A DNA stretch of 64,000 nt, from assembly GCA_964016885.1 (NCBI GenBank), contig OZ024755.1:31744001-31808000 (forward strand), given 5' to 3'. Shown here piece by piece: positions 1 through 15,600 of this stretch (its first letter is position 1; every line of letters starts with the position of its first letter). The position numbers and the translations under genes were made by a program. The stretch comes from Eledone cirrhosa. Its lineage: Eukaryota. The notes under the pieces were generated by a model. The model had not been told where the DNA came from and searched no databases. It was given only the letters and a program-made list of their open reading frames with translations.

Positions 1-116
1 ATGTAACTGGTGTAGTACCTGTCAAAAATAACAAGTTATATTTCTTCTTCTTACAGAAACTCTTATTATTTGCAATTCAAGCCTTGTTCCATTTTCTTAT
101 GTTTTGTCTTCTTTTT

Positions 117-328
117 CTTATTATCCCAGCTCCACTCTTTCTCTCTCTTATTATCTCAGCTCCACTCTTTCTCTCTCTTATTATCTCAGCCCCACTCTTT
201 CTCTTATTATCTCAGCTCCACTCTTTCTCTCTTATTATCTCAGCTCCACTCTTTCTCTCTCTTATTATCTCAGCTCCACCCTTTCTCTCTCTTATTATCT
301 CAGCCCCACTCTTTCTCTCTCTTATTAT
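117..328. repeat. About 30-bp minisatellite (TTATTATCTCAGCTCCACTCTTTCTCTCTC), about 7 copies
   Basis: Direct tandem repeat. Confidence 0.9.
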
Positions 329-429
329 TCACAACTCAATTTCTTGCTTGTTTCTTCCTCTCTATCTTTCATCATCATTGTTTAATGTCCATCTTCCACG
401 CTAGCATGGGTAGGACGGGTGACCCTTCT

Positions 430-905
430 CAGTGAAGACATGTGGCTGTTGTGATCGAAAGCAAGAGGCTGAATTAAGTGCAAGAATTGCAGGAGTTGGT
501 GCAGTAATGCACCAGCTTCAGCATTCAGTAATCAGAAGAAAGGAGTTAGGTGTAAAAGCCAAACTTGCTATCTTCAATTTGGTATTCGTGCCAACCCTTA
601 CTTAAAGTCATGAATCTTGGGTAATGGCCGAAAGAATACGATTGCAAATATAAGTGGCCGAAATGGGGTTTATCCAAAGTGTCTTTGGAGTAACATTATT
701 CAATAAAGTGTATAACTCAGAGAGCAGAATCACTCCAGGTAGTGCCTCTATTTCTCCGAATTGAGAGATCACAGGTCCGATACTATGGGCATGAGGTTAG
801 AATGTCTCGGGGAAAGAATCACTGGACAGATTTTACGGGCAAAACAACCGACAGGAGACCCAAGAGTAGACCCCGAGCAAGATGGTTGGATAAAATCCAT
901 GAACT
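430..905 (+). mobile_element. RTE-like LINE 3' fragment (decayed)
   Basis: Remnant peptides SVFVPTLT..ESW, ERSQVRYYGH, RRPKSRPRARWLD typical of RTE C-termini. Confidence 0.7.
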
Positions 906-1767
906 GGTCTCACTTGTGCATCCAACTGGAAGGTGTGTTTGAGGACTCTGCACCCATGACCCTCGCATAAATAAGTTGGTGAAGAAGTAGAAGACATGTG
1001 ACTTACATGTGTTCAGCTCACGATTGTAAGTTATCAATACACAATTGTCAAAGGTGTATTGCAACCTTGAACAAGACATTTTAATCCATGTTGCTCCAGT
1101 CCACTTGTTGCAGACTGTGTCATGCTGTCCTTGAGAATTACGTTAAGAGTACACGTGTGTGTAGAATACTCAACCATTTACACATTAATTTCATGAGTAG
1201 GCTGTTCCATTGTCTGCAAAACTCTTCACATTTTTATAATCATTATTTACCCTCACTTTTCTTTTTTCCTGTTTATTATTTAAAAAGATAGTCTCATTAT
1301 TGTATACTTCTGTTAATAAATATCTATTAAATAATTGGTAGCCGAGGTTAACTTTGCTTATCATCCTTATAGGGTCAATAAAATAAAATACCAGTAATGC
1401 ACTGGGGTTGATTTAATTGACTTTCTCCTCCCCAAAATTGCTGGCCTTGTGCCTAAATCCAAAACAAATATTTATTATATAATTGGAAATAAGGTAGAAT
1501 TGTGGTCTATTTAGAATAATTTCCACATAAAATCCATGAATAATTAATCTTCTTTTAAGCACATGGAATGGACTTTTGTGGTTTTTGATGAGTGTTCCAG
1601 TTGTTTGATCACCAGGATATGAAATTAACGTGGCTGAGTATTCCACAGAACCTTTAACATAGTTCTCAGGGAGATTCAGCATGACACAATATGTGAGAAG
1701 GATGGCCCTTTCAATCACCTATTTCTCTAGCTGAGTGGACTGGAGCAACATAAAATAAAATGTGTTT

Positions 1768-2266
1768 CCCAAGGACTGGATACACAGCCAGGGACCACCC
1801 AAACCATTAAACCTGCTCCCAAGGACTGGATACACAGCCAGGGACCACCCAAACCATTAAACCTGCTCCCAAGGAGTGGATACACAGCCAGGGACCACCC
1901 AAACCATTAAACCTGCTCCCAAGGACTGGATACACAGCTAGGGACCACCCAAACCATTAAACCTGCTCCCAAGGACTGGATACACAGCCAGGGACCACCC
2001 AAACCATTAAACCTGCTCCCAAGGACTGGATACACAGCCAGGGACCACCCAAACCATTAAACCTGCTCCCAAGGACTGGATACACAGCCAGGGACCACCC
2101 AAACTATTAAACCTGCTCACAAGGACTGGATACACAGCTAGGGACCACCCAAACCATTAAACCTGCTCCCAAGGACTAGATACAGAGCCAGGGACCACCC
2201 AAACCTTAAACCTGCTCCCAAGGAATGGATACAGAGTTAGGGACCAACCAAACCATTAAACCTGCA
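1768..2266. repeat. 50-bp minisatellite, about 10 copies
   Basis: CCCAAGGACTGGATACACAGCCAGGGACCACCCAAACCATTAAACCTGCT. Confidence 0.95.
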
Positions 2267-2978
2267 TCTTTACACTTCATCATATATTTAATGCAGGGAC
2301 ATAGCATTGCTAAATAGTTGAGAAGTTTGCTTCAGAATTTTTAGTTTCTGGGTTCAATCCCACTGTGTGTCATGTTGGGTAAGTGTTATTCACCATGGCC
2401 TGGGGTCCAACTCAAGTAAATATAGGTAGAAGTGAAACTGTCGGAAGACCCGGCTTCCCACGAATACAAGCTGAAGCATATGTACAGTATGCCCTCTCCC
2501 CCAGCCCAAACTGCAATGTTGACGGGTAAAAGACACGGCAAAAAGCACCCAGCCCACACTATAAATGTGGTTGGCGTTAGGAAGGGTATCCAGCCGTTGA
2601 AAACCAGCCAGAAACACCCCTATTTGAGCGAGACAGGGTCACCCGACCCAACTTGCAACTAAATGAAACACGTCTTAACACATGCTAGTGTGGAAGATGG
2701 ACGTTAATCGATGATGATGATGATATTGTGTCTCTTATTCAAAGACCAGCCTTGTGTCGCTGAATCTCCTGGGAATACACAGCCATATGATCGTTAATTT
2801 CACCAGCAGGTTGTTGCTCAGATAGAACAACTGAACCACTCATCCTCAAAACCGACGGAGGTCCATTGCATGCAATAAACAAAAGCTGAACCTGCTAAAG
2901 AAAAGAGATAAAGTAATTAGAAACGTTTCAGTTTATAACAATAACACGAGAGTTATTTCCCTTGATTACACATCCAAT

Positions 2979-3019
2979 ATGGCTTCCAGGCGACTGTGCA
3001 ACATTATTCGTCTTACCGG
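2979..3019 (+). CDS. ATP5IF1: IF1 exon 1 (MASRRLCNIIRLTG, mitochondrial presequence)
   Basis: ATG at 2979, donor GG|gtaact, phase 2 matches exon 2; Arg-rich peptide with no acidic residues. Confidence 0.8.
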
Positions 3020-3605
3020 GTAACTTTATATTTATATATCAAACCTTATTTCTTTTTTACTTCACTTCTTTCTTTCATATAGCAAATGATCGTCATTTAA
3101 TATAGAGGCCCATTTTTATTATATAACATTTAAATGTTAACGATAGAGAAATGTTAATAAATAAAACCTACTAGAGGCAGGCAGTGCCCTTGTGGGAGAA
3201 GACAAATATTTCAACATATTTAGATGTACCAAGTATCAGAGAAAACAAATTAGTAAAGATAATTATTGGCAAAGGTTCACATTTTCTTATTTTCTTATTA
3301 GGAAGATTCTGGAAATTATTGAGACGCTGCAGAGGCCTCAAATAGCAGTCAAATGTCCCTCAAACCACATCATATCGCCTTAAAAAAACGGAAGGGCATA
3401 TATATATATATATATGTTTTCCTCGATGTTAAAAGTTTTGTCAGTAAACACAGTTAGTATATTAAATATGATTTACAAATAAATCAAGAAATAATTAAGT
3501 GAGAAAAAATATGTAATTGTGATAATTGTTGTTGTGTTGGAAAAGGAATATAAGGAGAAGGTCAACTAACGTTTTTGATCTTAAGTCTGTTTGACTAGGG
3601 TTATA

Positions 3606-3646
<41 letters not shown>

Positions 3647-6600
3647 GTACAAACCCCGTCCCACTTCAGTTTAGAAAGATACATTAATAAGAACAACGCA
3701 TTAGTTTCAAAATGACAATATTTGTTGAACAAATCACCTTAAAGTATTCACATGTCCTTGAGAGGGAAAATGTTCCTGATATATTCTCATTAGAGAAAAT
3801 TAAAAAAACACAATTAAAATAAAATATTAATTCTACACTAATTAATGTGTGACAATAAATGAGACACCACGGAGGGCGCCTGTGTCTCTACTATGTCTTG
3901 CTAGAGGTTGGAATATATAAATACTGTTGGATTGTAAAGTCTGTTTATAAACTGTAACATTTGTTTAATACAGTCTGACGTAATCAGTATTGATTCACTA
4001 TATTTAATATTAACTTGTGGTTTTCTGGTTCTCTGAGTTCCTGAGTTCAAATCCCTCCGAGGTCAACTTTACCTTCCATCATTCCCAGGTCGATAAAATA
4101 AACTAACAGTCAAGTACTGGGGTTGGTATAATCGATGTCCCCTCTCCCCAAATTGTTGGCTATGTATATTGATTAGAAACGATTTAATACTAACTCGCCG
4201 TGTTAACTGAAGGACTTTGCCTGACAAGGTCATATATACACCCATTACAATATATTTGTTATTTACCTGAGAGATACCGAAGTCTTATTAAATTTTATGA
4301 ATCAAAAAAATAGTTGCATTTTCTCTTTAAATTTTAGTTTTAAGTTAAAAGTTGTGAAAAACATTTTAAATGTTAAATCATCGATGTTAAGCTAACTGTT
4401 GGGAAATGTTTAATGTGGGAAGGCGGTATTTTAGCACAACTCGACGGACACAGGAAAAATATTTGTATTAACTAAACCTACGTTATTATTACGGGGTCGA
4501 TAAAATAAAGTACCAGTAATACACTGGGGTAATTGCTGGCCTTGTGCCAAAAGTAGAAACAATTATTATTATATTGTATATTTTTTCATAGAATATAATT
4601 GATATAAACATTATAAAAGACGGTAACCTTTTGAAATAAAGCGCAGTGACCTCCATTTCTTCCAGAAAATAAAATATAAAAGGGCCGAAAGACTCGCTTG
4701 AGGGGGTTTCTTCTCTGAAGCCCTTCTACTGTCCAATTTCCCTGAGAGTTTCTCCTCTGAAGCCCTTCAGCTGTCCAGTTCCCCTGAGAGTTTCTTACCT
4801 CTATATGACATTGATGTAAATATTATAGAAAGAGAAGCGAACCCATGTCGCTCAGAACACATAACGGTTTTATCTTGTTCCCACGGTGCCTTTAATTATT
4901 ATTATTGTTAGTAAAACATTAAAACAGAAATTTTATTCAAATTAAACCCACGAAGTTGGTTTAAAAAACCATTGATAATTACAGAAAGTTTAAAAATAAA
5001 AACAAAATTAAGTAATGAGAAAAAAAGGGGAACGGTTAAAGAAAGGCAGATGTTGCTGGAAAATAGAGGAAAGGATTTAAATGTGACCTTCCCATTATTC
5101 TCTTAATGCCATCAATAAATATCTTGTGTAAATATATATATATATATATATATATACACGGATATATATATATCTGTATATATATATATTAGTTTTGCGA
5201 GGTTTTTTATATGAAATCGTGTGTCGAAACAAATATTGTTATACTTGGGGAGGGTCATATTTGTGTAATAATATTGCCAGAATTAATAACAGAACACACT
5301 CACTGTTTGGTTGGTTTTCGCTTCTGTGTCCTTTATATCAGTTAATTTAATTTATTCGGTCCTCAATGTTACCATTGACTGACCAACGGTCAAAAATACA
5401 GATACAATATAGACACAAACACATATATATAGTCTATCAAAGTTCTTTCTATGGCATTAGCTTGTGCCAAGCTGAAAGGTGATTGAAAGACACTGTTTTC
5501 TGTTATATAAAAACTACAATAACAACAGAACAAATCCGCTTCTTAAAACACTGTGTTTCCTTCAAAATATACACAACAAACATATCAAAAGAAGTAAATA
5601 ATTTATTATTGAACAAAACACAAGCTGAACGACTAAAACACACAATAACAGTTAATATGAAAAGAACAACATACACAAAAGTTAACGAACTTTACAGACA
5701 GAAACGCATTAACGGTAAGGAAGTCGGAAATCTCAGCACACCAAAGGAAAGGTATGACTTCATGAGCGTCATCCGACGTGAAACGAAATATGCCCGAAAC
5801 GAATGCAATAGGCATTTCGATAAGAAATTAGAATGTATGAATAAGAAAAAACTACAAGAAAGGAAAATAGAATATTCTCAAAAATACCCAGATAACATCA
5901 ACAATATCCGCATGACTGATGTAAAACTACCGGAAGAATTTACCAATGACCACACAGTAAATATTTATGGGAACACTTTAATCAGTGAACAAGAACAACA
6001 AATCCAACAGCTACTACCAAAATTTGCCATCTACAAAAAGATTAACCCTATTGAGTGCAAAACGGAGCTGGAAAAGTGTTTCACAAAAATACGTTGGAAT
6101 GCAAAAGTAAACAACAACAACAATAATAACGGTAGTAGTAATATAAACAATAACTCTGAGTATAGAAATAACAGCTATAATAGTAATAGTCATAACAATA
6201 GCAGGAGAGTGAGAAATAGTAATAATTGTTTCTACTTTAGGAACAAGGCCAGCAAATACTCAGTGTATTACTGGTACTTTATTTTATCGACCCCGTAAGG
6301 ATGAAAGGCAAAGTTAACCTCGGCGGGATTTGAACTCAGACTGTAAAGGGAGGTAACTATGCTGGAAAGCATGGCGTTCAAGCCTCCACCGATACTGCCA
6401 AAATAATAATAGAAACATTAACTACAGACACAGCAGCAGCGACCACAGTAGTAATAACGGTAACAATACGAATAACAACAACCACCACAGTGGTAAAAAT
6501 AGAAATAATATATGTAGCAACATTAATGATAGACACAACAACAACAAAAACAAGAAACAATACAAGTAACAACCACAATGGTAGAAATAACAGTAACAAC

Positions 6601-9600
6601 AACAATAACGGTGGAGAAAACAACAACAATACATCTAACAATCACAGCAACAATACATCTAGCAATCATAACAATAATAATAATGCTAATGATAGGAACA
6701 ACAACAACAACCATAATAACAATAATAGTAACACACACAACTATGACGATAGATATAATGACAACCCCTTAGAGAAACTATTCTTCAACCCAGCTGACAA
6801 AACATATAAGATGGGTAATATCTATCCTACGAGGTTACCCTTTAATAAAAGGGTTTGCATACCACAACAAATAGATGATGAGACAGAGGCACAGTTCACC
6901 ATAGCTAGAAATAAGATTAGACAAATAGTAGACCGGTATACTAAGAGACAGAGCAGACCAGAGGTCCAACAACTTGGGAGGAAACCTGTAGAAGGCTTGG
7001 TTAGCCTCAAGCAGCGCACAAGGGATGGTGAGGTAGTATGTCTACCCATGGATAAGTCTGGTAAGATGTCAATAGACAGCATGCCGAACTACATCAAGGC
7101 TATGCAACCCCACATCACCAACACGAGCGAAATTGCACAGCAAATACATGATGGGAGAGAGAAAATCCTCAACGCTCACATGATGATGTGGACCGACATC
7201 CTAAAGCCAAGCAGACGCACTGCCAACAACTTCCAGGCGTCTAACAATGGCCTACCACCCTTGTATGGGCTCCGCAAAGACCACAACAAGACCTGGTACG
7301 CACTCATCAGATAAAATACAAAAGTTGGTTTACAGATAGTGACATATTCATACAAGAACTTAATGTGAGTTCTATTTGAATAGTATTGAATACTATTCAA
7401 ATAGAACTCACAACATTAAGTGTACTGGGTGTATTTTATTGTGACACCAACACTACCACTTTACAGAGTGTACTAGGTGTATTTCGTCATGGTACCTGTA
7501 CTAAGGAGGCTACTGTGTACCTTGTAAGTTCTCTTTACTCTAGTGTTTCCATTAAATTGCATATCTTTAAGTAATTAGTATATTTAACCCTTTAGCATTT
7601 ACATTACTCTATATTTACTATTGGATTTTTACGGTAAAGTCTTTACCTCACATAATATCAAATCTATGATATTTTGATATTATTTATTTTGAGAACAATA
7701 CTTTAACATCAGTATGAGCGGCTGGTTATAGTTGGTTTGAACAGAAAGGGATGAGAGAATTGTGGCTGGATATGGCCAGTTAAAAAGCTAAAACTGTAAC
7801 TTTTCTATTATTTTCTATTATTTCTATATTTCAGCGCCCGTTACTTCTCAGCAGAGCCTGGCTCAGGTTCAGGGAAGGTAATTTTTTTCTTCTCACAATC
7901 TTTATACATGTTACATCATCATCATTATTTATATAATGTATATTTTCCTTCATGAGTTAGATAGGTTATTATGAGGTCTGGCAGGTCAGTTGACCATATC
8001 TTGCTCAAACACTCAAACGTTTTGGGATTGCTTTTCTAAAGCTGAATGGCCTTCTTAATGCTAACCACTTTACAGAGTTGACTGGGTGTGTTTTATCGTG
8101 GTACCAACACTACCACCTCACGCAGTAGACTGTGTTTTATTGTGGTACCAACACTACCACCTCACGCAGTAGACTGTGTTTTATTGTGGTACCAACACTA
8201 CCACCTCACACAGTAGACTGTGTTTTATTGTGGTACGAACACTACCACCTCACACAGTAGACTGTGTTTTATCATGGTACAAACACTACCACCACACAGT
8301 AGACTGTATTTAATTGTGGTACCAACACTACCACCTCACACAGTAGACTGTGTGTTTTATGATAGAGATAGGCAGTGGGTTGGCAGAGTTGTTAGAACAG
8401 CAGATAGAATTTTTTGCAGTATTTATTCTGGTTCTCTGCTCTGGGTTCAATTTTTACCAAGGTCAACTTTACCTTTCATCTTATCAAAGTCGATACAGTA
8501 CCAGCTAAATACTGTGGTTTAATTCTTTCTTTCTTTCTGGATAAAGTTGATTGGAAAGGAGTTGTTTAAATGCTGGGATGGCACCCCTGCAAGTCAGCAG
8601 TTAAAGGCCCAGGCTGTACGAATATATCAAATATACATATACAGGTTTGGCTGCCTCCTATGAGTTTGTACTTCATAGGAAGTTTATCAGAAGTTTTAAT
8701 GATATGATACAAGACTATTTTTCCATTGTTGATACTGTCCATTGGTTATAACTCCTGGCAGAAGAAAGGAGCTGATCATCAGATCAGACCAAGGAAACAA
8801 TGTTTCCATTAGTCTCTCCATTGCTGATACTGTCAGTCACAACTCCTGGCAGAAGAAAAGAGCTGATCATCAGATCAGACCAAGGAAACAATGTTTCCAT
8901 TGGTCTTTCCATTACTGATACTATCTGTCAGTCACAACTCCTGGCAGAAGAAAATTCTCCATTAATTGAACTAATGTATTTCATTAGAGATATGGTCATA
9001 AAAGGGTTGAGATATTTCAACTATATTAACCTTAAAAATGACTACAACAAAACATTATGACCGAAATATTTTCTACAACTTGAATAAAAAGCTTGTTGTT
9101 GTTGTTTCAGGGTGGCGGTGCTGGAGGCAGCATCAAGTGAGTATACAACATTTCTTATATTTACTTTGGTAAATTAATAATTTTTTTAATAAATAATATT
9201 TATGCTAGAACATCTAGTTGAAGATTATTAAAATAGATATAACTGCTTTTCAATTAGAAACCTTCGCTGTGAAAAAAAATACCCTGTACATACTTGTATA
9301 TAAAGCTAGAAATATGCGACAAAAAAAAAAGAACGATAAAATGGGGGGGGGGGGGGGGTGACCTATATTCAAGGTCAATATTTTGGCAATTTCCACCAAC
9401 TTCAAAATTCTATGTAAATGAGATGCTAAAATGTTTTTGCATTCTTTTCATTCAGTAGTCTTTCATAGTAACTCTTCCATGATACCTTCTTATCAGCATC
9501 AATCAGTGCAAGTACACCATTATCATCTCAGACACTCTTCTCTCCATCAACATCACAATTTTCTCTGACACATTGCCTCACAATCCTGAACACCTCACAC

Positions 9601-12600
9601 CTTTGGTCCTTGCATTGCAGAACATGTTTAAATTTCTTATTTTCTGCTTCCTTTCTTAAAAGGTACACTTGTCTCCTAGCTTCTCTGTGAGCCACCTAGT
9701 AGGCTTCTCTACCTCTGCCATTCCTTCCATGCCTGTCTTTTGGCCGTAATTGTCTCATCCACCCTACTATTCCACCACCAAGTCACTCTCCTCCCTACAG
9801 ACCTGCTTCAAGCACAGATTTCATTTGTCACCTTCAGTAAGTTAACTTTCAGGAATTCCCACTGTTCCTCTATATTGTATGTTTCTATTTGCTCTTCCTT
9901 ACTGTCAAAAGCATCAAACAGCATACCTCTAAATTTGTTACTGGCAGTGGGGTTCTTTAACTTCCATATTTTTCTCCTCAAGGTTGTCCTCTGTCGTCGA
10001 GTTCGTCTAGCCCTGACTATGAGGTCACTAACTACTAGGTTATGTTGGGAGGTGCATTCTTCCCCAGGGAGGGACTTTATCTTTACATCTGTCACTCTGT
10101 CTCATCTTCTAGTGAGGATAAAATCTATCTGGTTGGCATGCTCACCTGATCGGTAGGTGATCAAGTGATTGTCTGGTTTTTTGAAGTTTGTGTTACAGAT
10201 AGATGATTGGCATCACAAAATTCCAGAAACCTGGAGCGTTCCTCATTTCTAGCACCGAATCCATAACCTTCATGGATCCCTTCAAAGCTGTCGCAGAATT
10301 GCCCAACATACCCTTTAAAGTCACCAGCAATGATTATGAAGTCCCCGTCACTTATTTATGAGGTCATGTGCGTCAGTGATTTGTAAAACCTGTCTTTTCG
10401 TTTGTCTGACAGTCCGGCTTGAGGTACACATGCAGATATAATCATTACAGTTGTTTTATTTAGTTCTTGTCTAAGTTTCATGATTCTATCATTCACTCTA
10501 TTTATTGCAATTACCTTATCTACCCACTTTTCTGCTACCATAATCCCTACTCCTAGTCCATTGTCAGTTTCCACCCAGGGGGATGACTGAAGTTTCTTCA
10601 CAACAACCTACTACTGGCCACTGAGAAATGAGTGGCTAGACAAAAGGTGACCCGATGGGTGGAACAGCACTGTCGAGCCATTGAAGTTAAGAGACAGGCT
10701 TGGAAAGACTTGGAAATGGGAGCAGTGAAGAACAATATCAAATTGTGAAGAAAGGTATAAAGAAACTGAATACAGGGTGTTATACAACACAAGGATCAAT
10801 GGCATGAGTTATTCTGCAGAGGAAAGCAGAGTGCTAGTGTGGACCAGGATATTGTTGAAATGATACCTATGTACTTAGCTTTACTGATGTACAGAAGAAA
10901 GAGGCTTGAAAATGTTATGAGAGGTCACTAAATCTGGAGAATGAGTGGAAGTAAGAGGGATTACCCCCCATTTGACCGAAGGACCAGCTATTGAAGTTGA
11001 CAGTTACAGAGTCAAAGAAGTAATGATAAAGTTGAAAAATAGAAAAGTAGCTGAACTGCTAGAGATAGTCACTGAGGTGATGAAGTAGGAGTTGAGATAG
11101 TTACATTGTCAGTCAGGTAATACATGGTCATAATGTCTGCTATAGCAGTATACTTATTGTTTTATAGGAAAAGATTATTCTCTAGAAAGGAGCAACCACA
11201 GAGGCATAAAACTGATGGATCACATTATGAAATTGACAAAGCTTTAGCACAACTAATTAGGGGAAACAGTCAAATGAGGTGAAGTGTAATTTGGTTTTGT
11301 GCCTAAAAGGAGCATTACAAAAGTCCTCTTCTTAGTAAGACACCTACAAGAGAAGTTTCTAGTTAAGTGTAAGCCACCATATCTGGCTTTTGTTGATCTG
11401 GAGAAGGCCTTTGACAGAGTATCTGTCTGTCATCTGGTGGTGCTTAGGGCAACTTTGTGTAGATGGTTTGTGAGAGCAGTACAAGCCATCTACAGAGGAG
11501 CCGTCTGTAAAGTGAGAGTAGGAAAAGAGTTTAGTGAGGAATTTAATGTGTAGGTAGGAGTTCATCAGGGCTCAGTCTTCGGGAATTTAAGTTTGACTGT
11601 CCATGAGAACTTTAGTATGCTGATAACCTGGTAGGAAGTAGACATTTTCACACATTTTTTACTGAAGTTAAAAACACTTTAAAAGTTTTACTGAAGTTAC
11701 ACTGTTGAAATATATAGAAAACTTTGCATGATTAACACCTTAAAGAATATTACTAGAAAGATATGGCAAGTTACACTAGAGTAACAATAACTGCTCCAGC
11801 TTGGTCTCAGTTTGTTGGCTGGTACTAGCAATGACAGTGCTCCAGCCTGGTCGATACTATGAGGCTGCTACATGTACTATAGTAACAATGACAGTGCTCC
11901 AGCGTGGTCGATACTATGAGGCTGCTACATGTACTATAGTAACAATGACAGTGCTCCAGTGTGGTCAGATACTATGAGGCTGCTACATGTACTATAGTAA
12001 CAATGACAGTGCTCCAGCCTGGTCGATACTATGAGGCTGCTACATGTACTATAGTAACAATGACAGTGCTCCAGCGTGGTCAGATACTATGAGGCTGCTA
12101 CATGTACTATAGTAACAATGACAGTGCTCCAGCCTGGTCAGATACTATGAGGCTGCTACATGTACTATAGTAACAATGACAGTGCTCCAGCGTGGTCAGA
12201 TACTATGAGGCTGCTACATGTACTATAGTAACAATGACAGTGCTCCAGCCTGGTCGATACTATGAGGCTGCTACATGTACTATAGTAACAATGACAGTGC
12301 TCCAGCGTGGTCAGATACTATGAGGCTGCTACATGTACTATAGTAACAATGACAGTGCTCCAGCCTGGTCGATACTATGAGGCTGCTACATGTACTATAG
12401 TAACAATGACAGTGCTCCAGCGTGGTCAGATACTATGAAGCTGCTACATGTACTACAGTAACAATGACAGTGCTCCAGCGTGGTCAGATACTATGAAGCT
12501 GCTACATGTACTATAGTAACAATGACAGTGCTCCAGCCTGGTCGATACTATGAGGCTGCTACATGTACTATAGTAACAATGACAGTGCTCCAGCCTGGTC

Positions 12601-15600
12601 GATACTATGAGGCTGCTACATGTACTATAGTAACAATGACAGTGCTCCAGCCTGGTCAGATACTATGAGGCTGCTACATGTACTATAGTAACAATGACAG
12701 TGCTCCAGCCTGGTCGATACTATGAGGCTGCTACATGTACTATAGTAACAATGACAGTGCTCCAGCCTGGTCGATACTATGAGGCTGCTACATGTACTAT
12801 AGTAACAATGACAGTGCTCCAGCGTGGTCAGATACTATGAGGCTGCTACATGTACTACAGTAACAATGACAGTGCTCCAGCGTGGTCAGATACTATGAGG
12901 CTGCTACATGTACTATAGTAACAATGACAGTGCTCCAGCCTGGTCAGATACTATGAGGCTGCTACATGTACTACAGTAACAATGACAGTGCTCCAGCCTG
13001 GTCGATACTATGAGGCTGCTATATGTACTATAGTAACAATGACAGTGCTCCAGCGTGGTCAGATACTATGAGGCTGCTACATGTACTATAGTAACAATGA
13101 CAGTGCTCCAGCGTGGTCAGATACTATGAGGCTGCTACATGTACTACAGTAACAATGACAGTGCTCCAGCGTGGTCAGATACTATGAGGCTGCTACATGT
13201 ACTATAGTAACAATGACAGTGCTCCAGCCTGGTCAGATACTATGAGGCTGCTACATGTACTACAGTAACAATGACAGTGCTCCAGCGTGGTCAGATACTA
13301 TGAGGCTGCTACATGTACTATAGTAACAATGACAGTGCTCCAGCCTGGTCAGATACTATGAGGCTGCTACATGTACTATAGTAACAATGACAGTGCTCCA
13401 GCGTGGTCAGATACTATGAGGCTGCTACATGTACTACAGTAACAATGACAGTGCTCCAGCCTGGTCAGATACTATGAGGCTGCTACATGTACTACAGTAA
13501 CAATGACAGTGCTCCAGTGTGGTCAGATACTATGAGGCTGCTACATGTACTATAGTAACAATGACAGTGCTCCAGCCTGGTCGATACTATGAGGCTGCTA
13601 CATGTACTACAGTAACAATGACAGTGCTCCAGCCTGGTCAGATACTATGAGGCTGCTACATGTACTATAGTAACAATGACAGTGCTCCAGCGTGGTCAGA
13701 TACTATGAGGCTGCTACATGTACTATAGTAACAATGACAGTGCTCCAGCCTGGTCGATACTATGAGGCTGCTACATGTACTACAGTAACAATGACAGTGC
13801 TCCAGCCTGGTCGATACTATGAGGCTGCTACATGTACTACAGTAACAATGACAGTGCTCCAGCCTGGTCGATACTATGAGGCTGCTACATGTACTATAGT
13901 AACAATGACAGTGCTCCAGCCTGGTCGATACTATGAGGCTGCTACATGTACTATAGTAACAATGACAGTGCTCCAGCCTGGTCAGATACTATGAGGCTGC
14001 TACATGTACTACAGTAACAATGACAGTGCTCCAGCGTGGTCAGATACTATGAGGCTGCTACATGTACTACAGTAACAATGACAGTGCTCCAGCCTGGTCA
14101 GATACTATGAAGCTGCTACATGTACTACAGTAACAATGACAGTGCTCCAGCCTGGTCGATACTATGAGGCTGCTACATGTACTATAGTAACAATGACAGT
14201 GCTCCAGCGTGGTCAGATACTATGAAGCTGCTACATGTACTATAGTAACAATGACAGTGCTCCAGCCTGGTCTCAGCCTGGTACATGTACTATAGTAACA
14301 ATGACAGTGCTCCAGCGTGGTCAGATACTATGAGGCTGCTACATGTACTATAGTAACAATGACACTGCTCCAGCCTGGTCGATACTATGAGGCTGCTACA
14401 TGTACTATAGTAACAATGACAGTGCTCCAGCCTGGTCAGATACTATGAGGCTGCTACATGTACTATAGTAACAATGACAGTGCTCCAGCGTGGTCAGATA
14501 CTATGAGGCTGCTACATGTACTATAGTAACAATGACAGTGCTCCAGCCTGGTCAGATACTATGAAGCTGCTACATGTACTATAGTAACAATGACAGTGCT
14601 CCAGCCTGGTCGATACTATGAGGCTGCTACATGTACTATAGTAACAATGACAGTGCTCCAGCCTGGTCAGATACTATGAGGCTGCTGCATGTACTATAGT
14701 AACAATGACAGTGCTCCAGCCTGGTCAGATACTATGAGGCTGCTGCATGTACTATAGTAACAATGACAGTGCTCCAGCCTGGTCAGATACTATGAGGCTG
14801 CTGCATGTACTATAGTAACAATGACAGTGCTCCAGCCTGGTCGATACTATGAGGCTGCTACATGTACTATAGTAACAATGACAGTGCTCCAGCCTGGTCG
14901 ATACTATGAGGCTGCTGCATGTACTACAGTAACAATGACAGTGCTCCAGCCTGGTCAGATACTATGAGGCTGCTACATGTACTACAGTAACAATGACAGT
15001 GCTCCAGCCTGGTCAGATACTATGAGGCTGCTACATGTACTATAGTAACAATGACAGTGCTCCTGCGTGGTCAGATACTATGAGGCTGCTACATGTACTA
15101 TAGTAACAATGACAGTGCTCCAGCCTGGTCAGATACTATGAGGCTGCTGCATGTACTATAGTAACAATGACAGTGCTCCAGCCTGGTCGATACTATGAAG
15201 CTGCTACATGTACTATAGTAACAATGACAGTGCTCCAGCCTGGTCGATACTATGAAGCTGCTACATGTACTATAGTAACAATGAAAGTGCTCCTGCCTGG
15301 TCGATACTATGAAGCTGCTACATGTACTACAGTAACAATGACAGTGCTCCAGCCTGGTCGATACTATGAGGCTGCTACATGTACTATAGTAACAATGACA
15401 GTGCTCCAGCCTGGTCAGATACTATGAGGCTGCTACATGTACTACAGTAACAATGAAAGTGCTCCTGCGTGGTCAGATACTATGAGGCTGCTACATGTAC
15501 TATAGTAACAATGACAGTGCTCCAGCCTGGTCAGATACTATGAGGCTGCTACATGTACTATAGTAACAATGACAGTGCTCCAGCGTGGTCAGATACTATG

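Noticed and set aside
70-435. Overlapping hydrophobic ORFs
   Set aside because: Produced by the 30-bp pyrimidine-rich minisatellite and run into a LINE tail
9490-11635. Twin-priming inversion of one RTE element
   Set aside because: Both halves contain the same WWN..KRQAWK region with different sequence, so they are two independent copies
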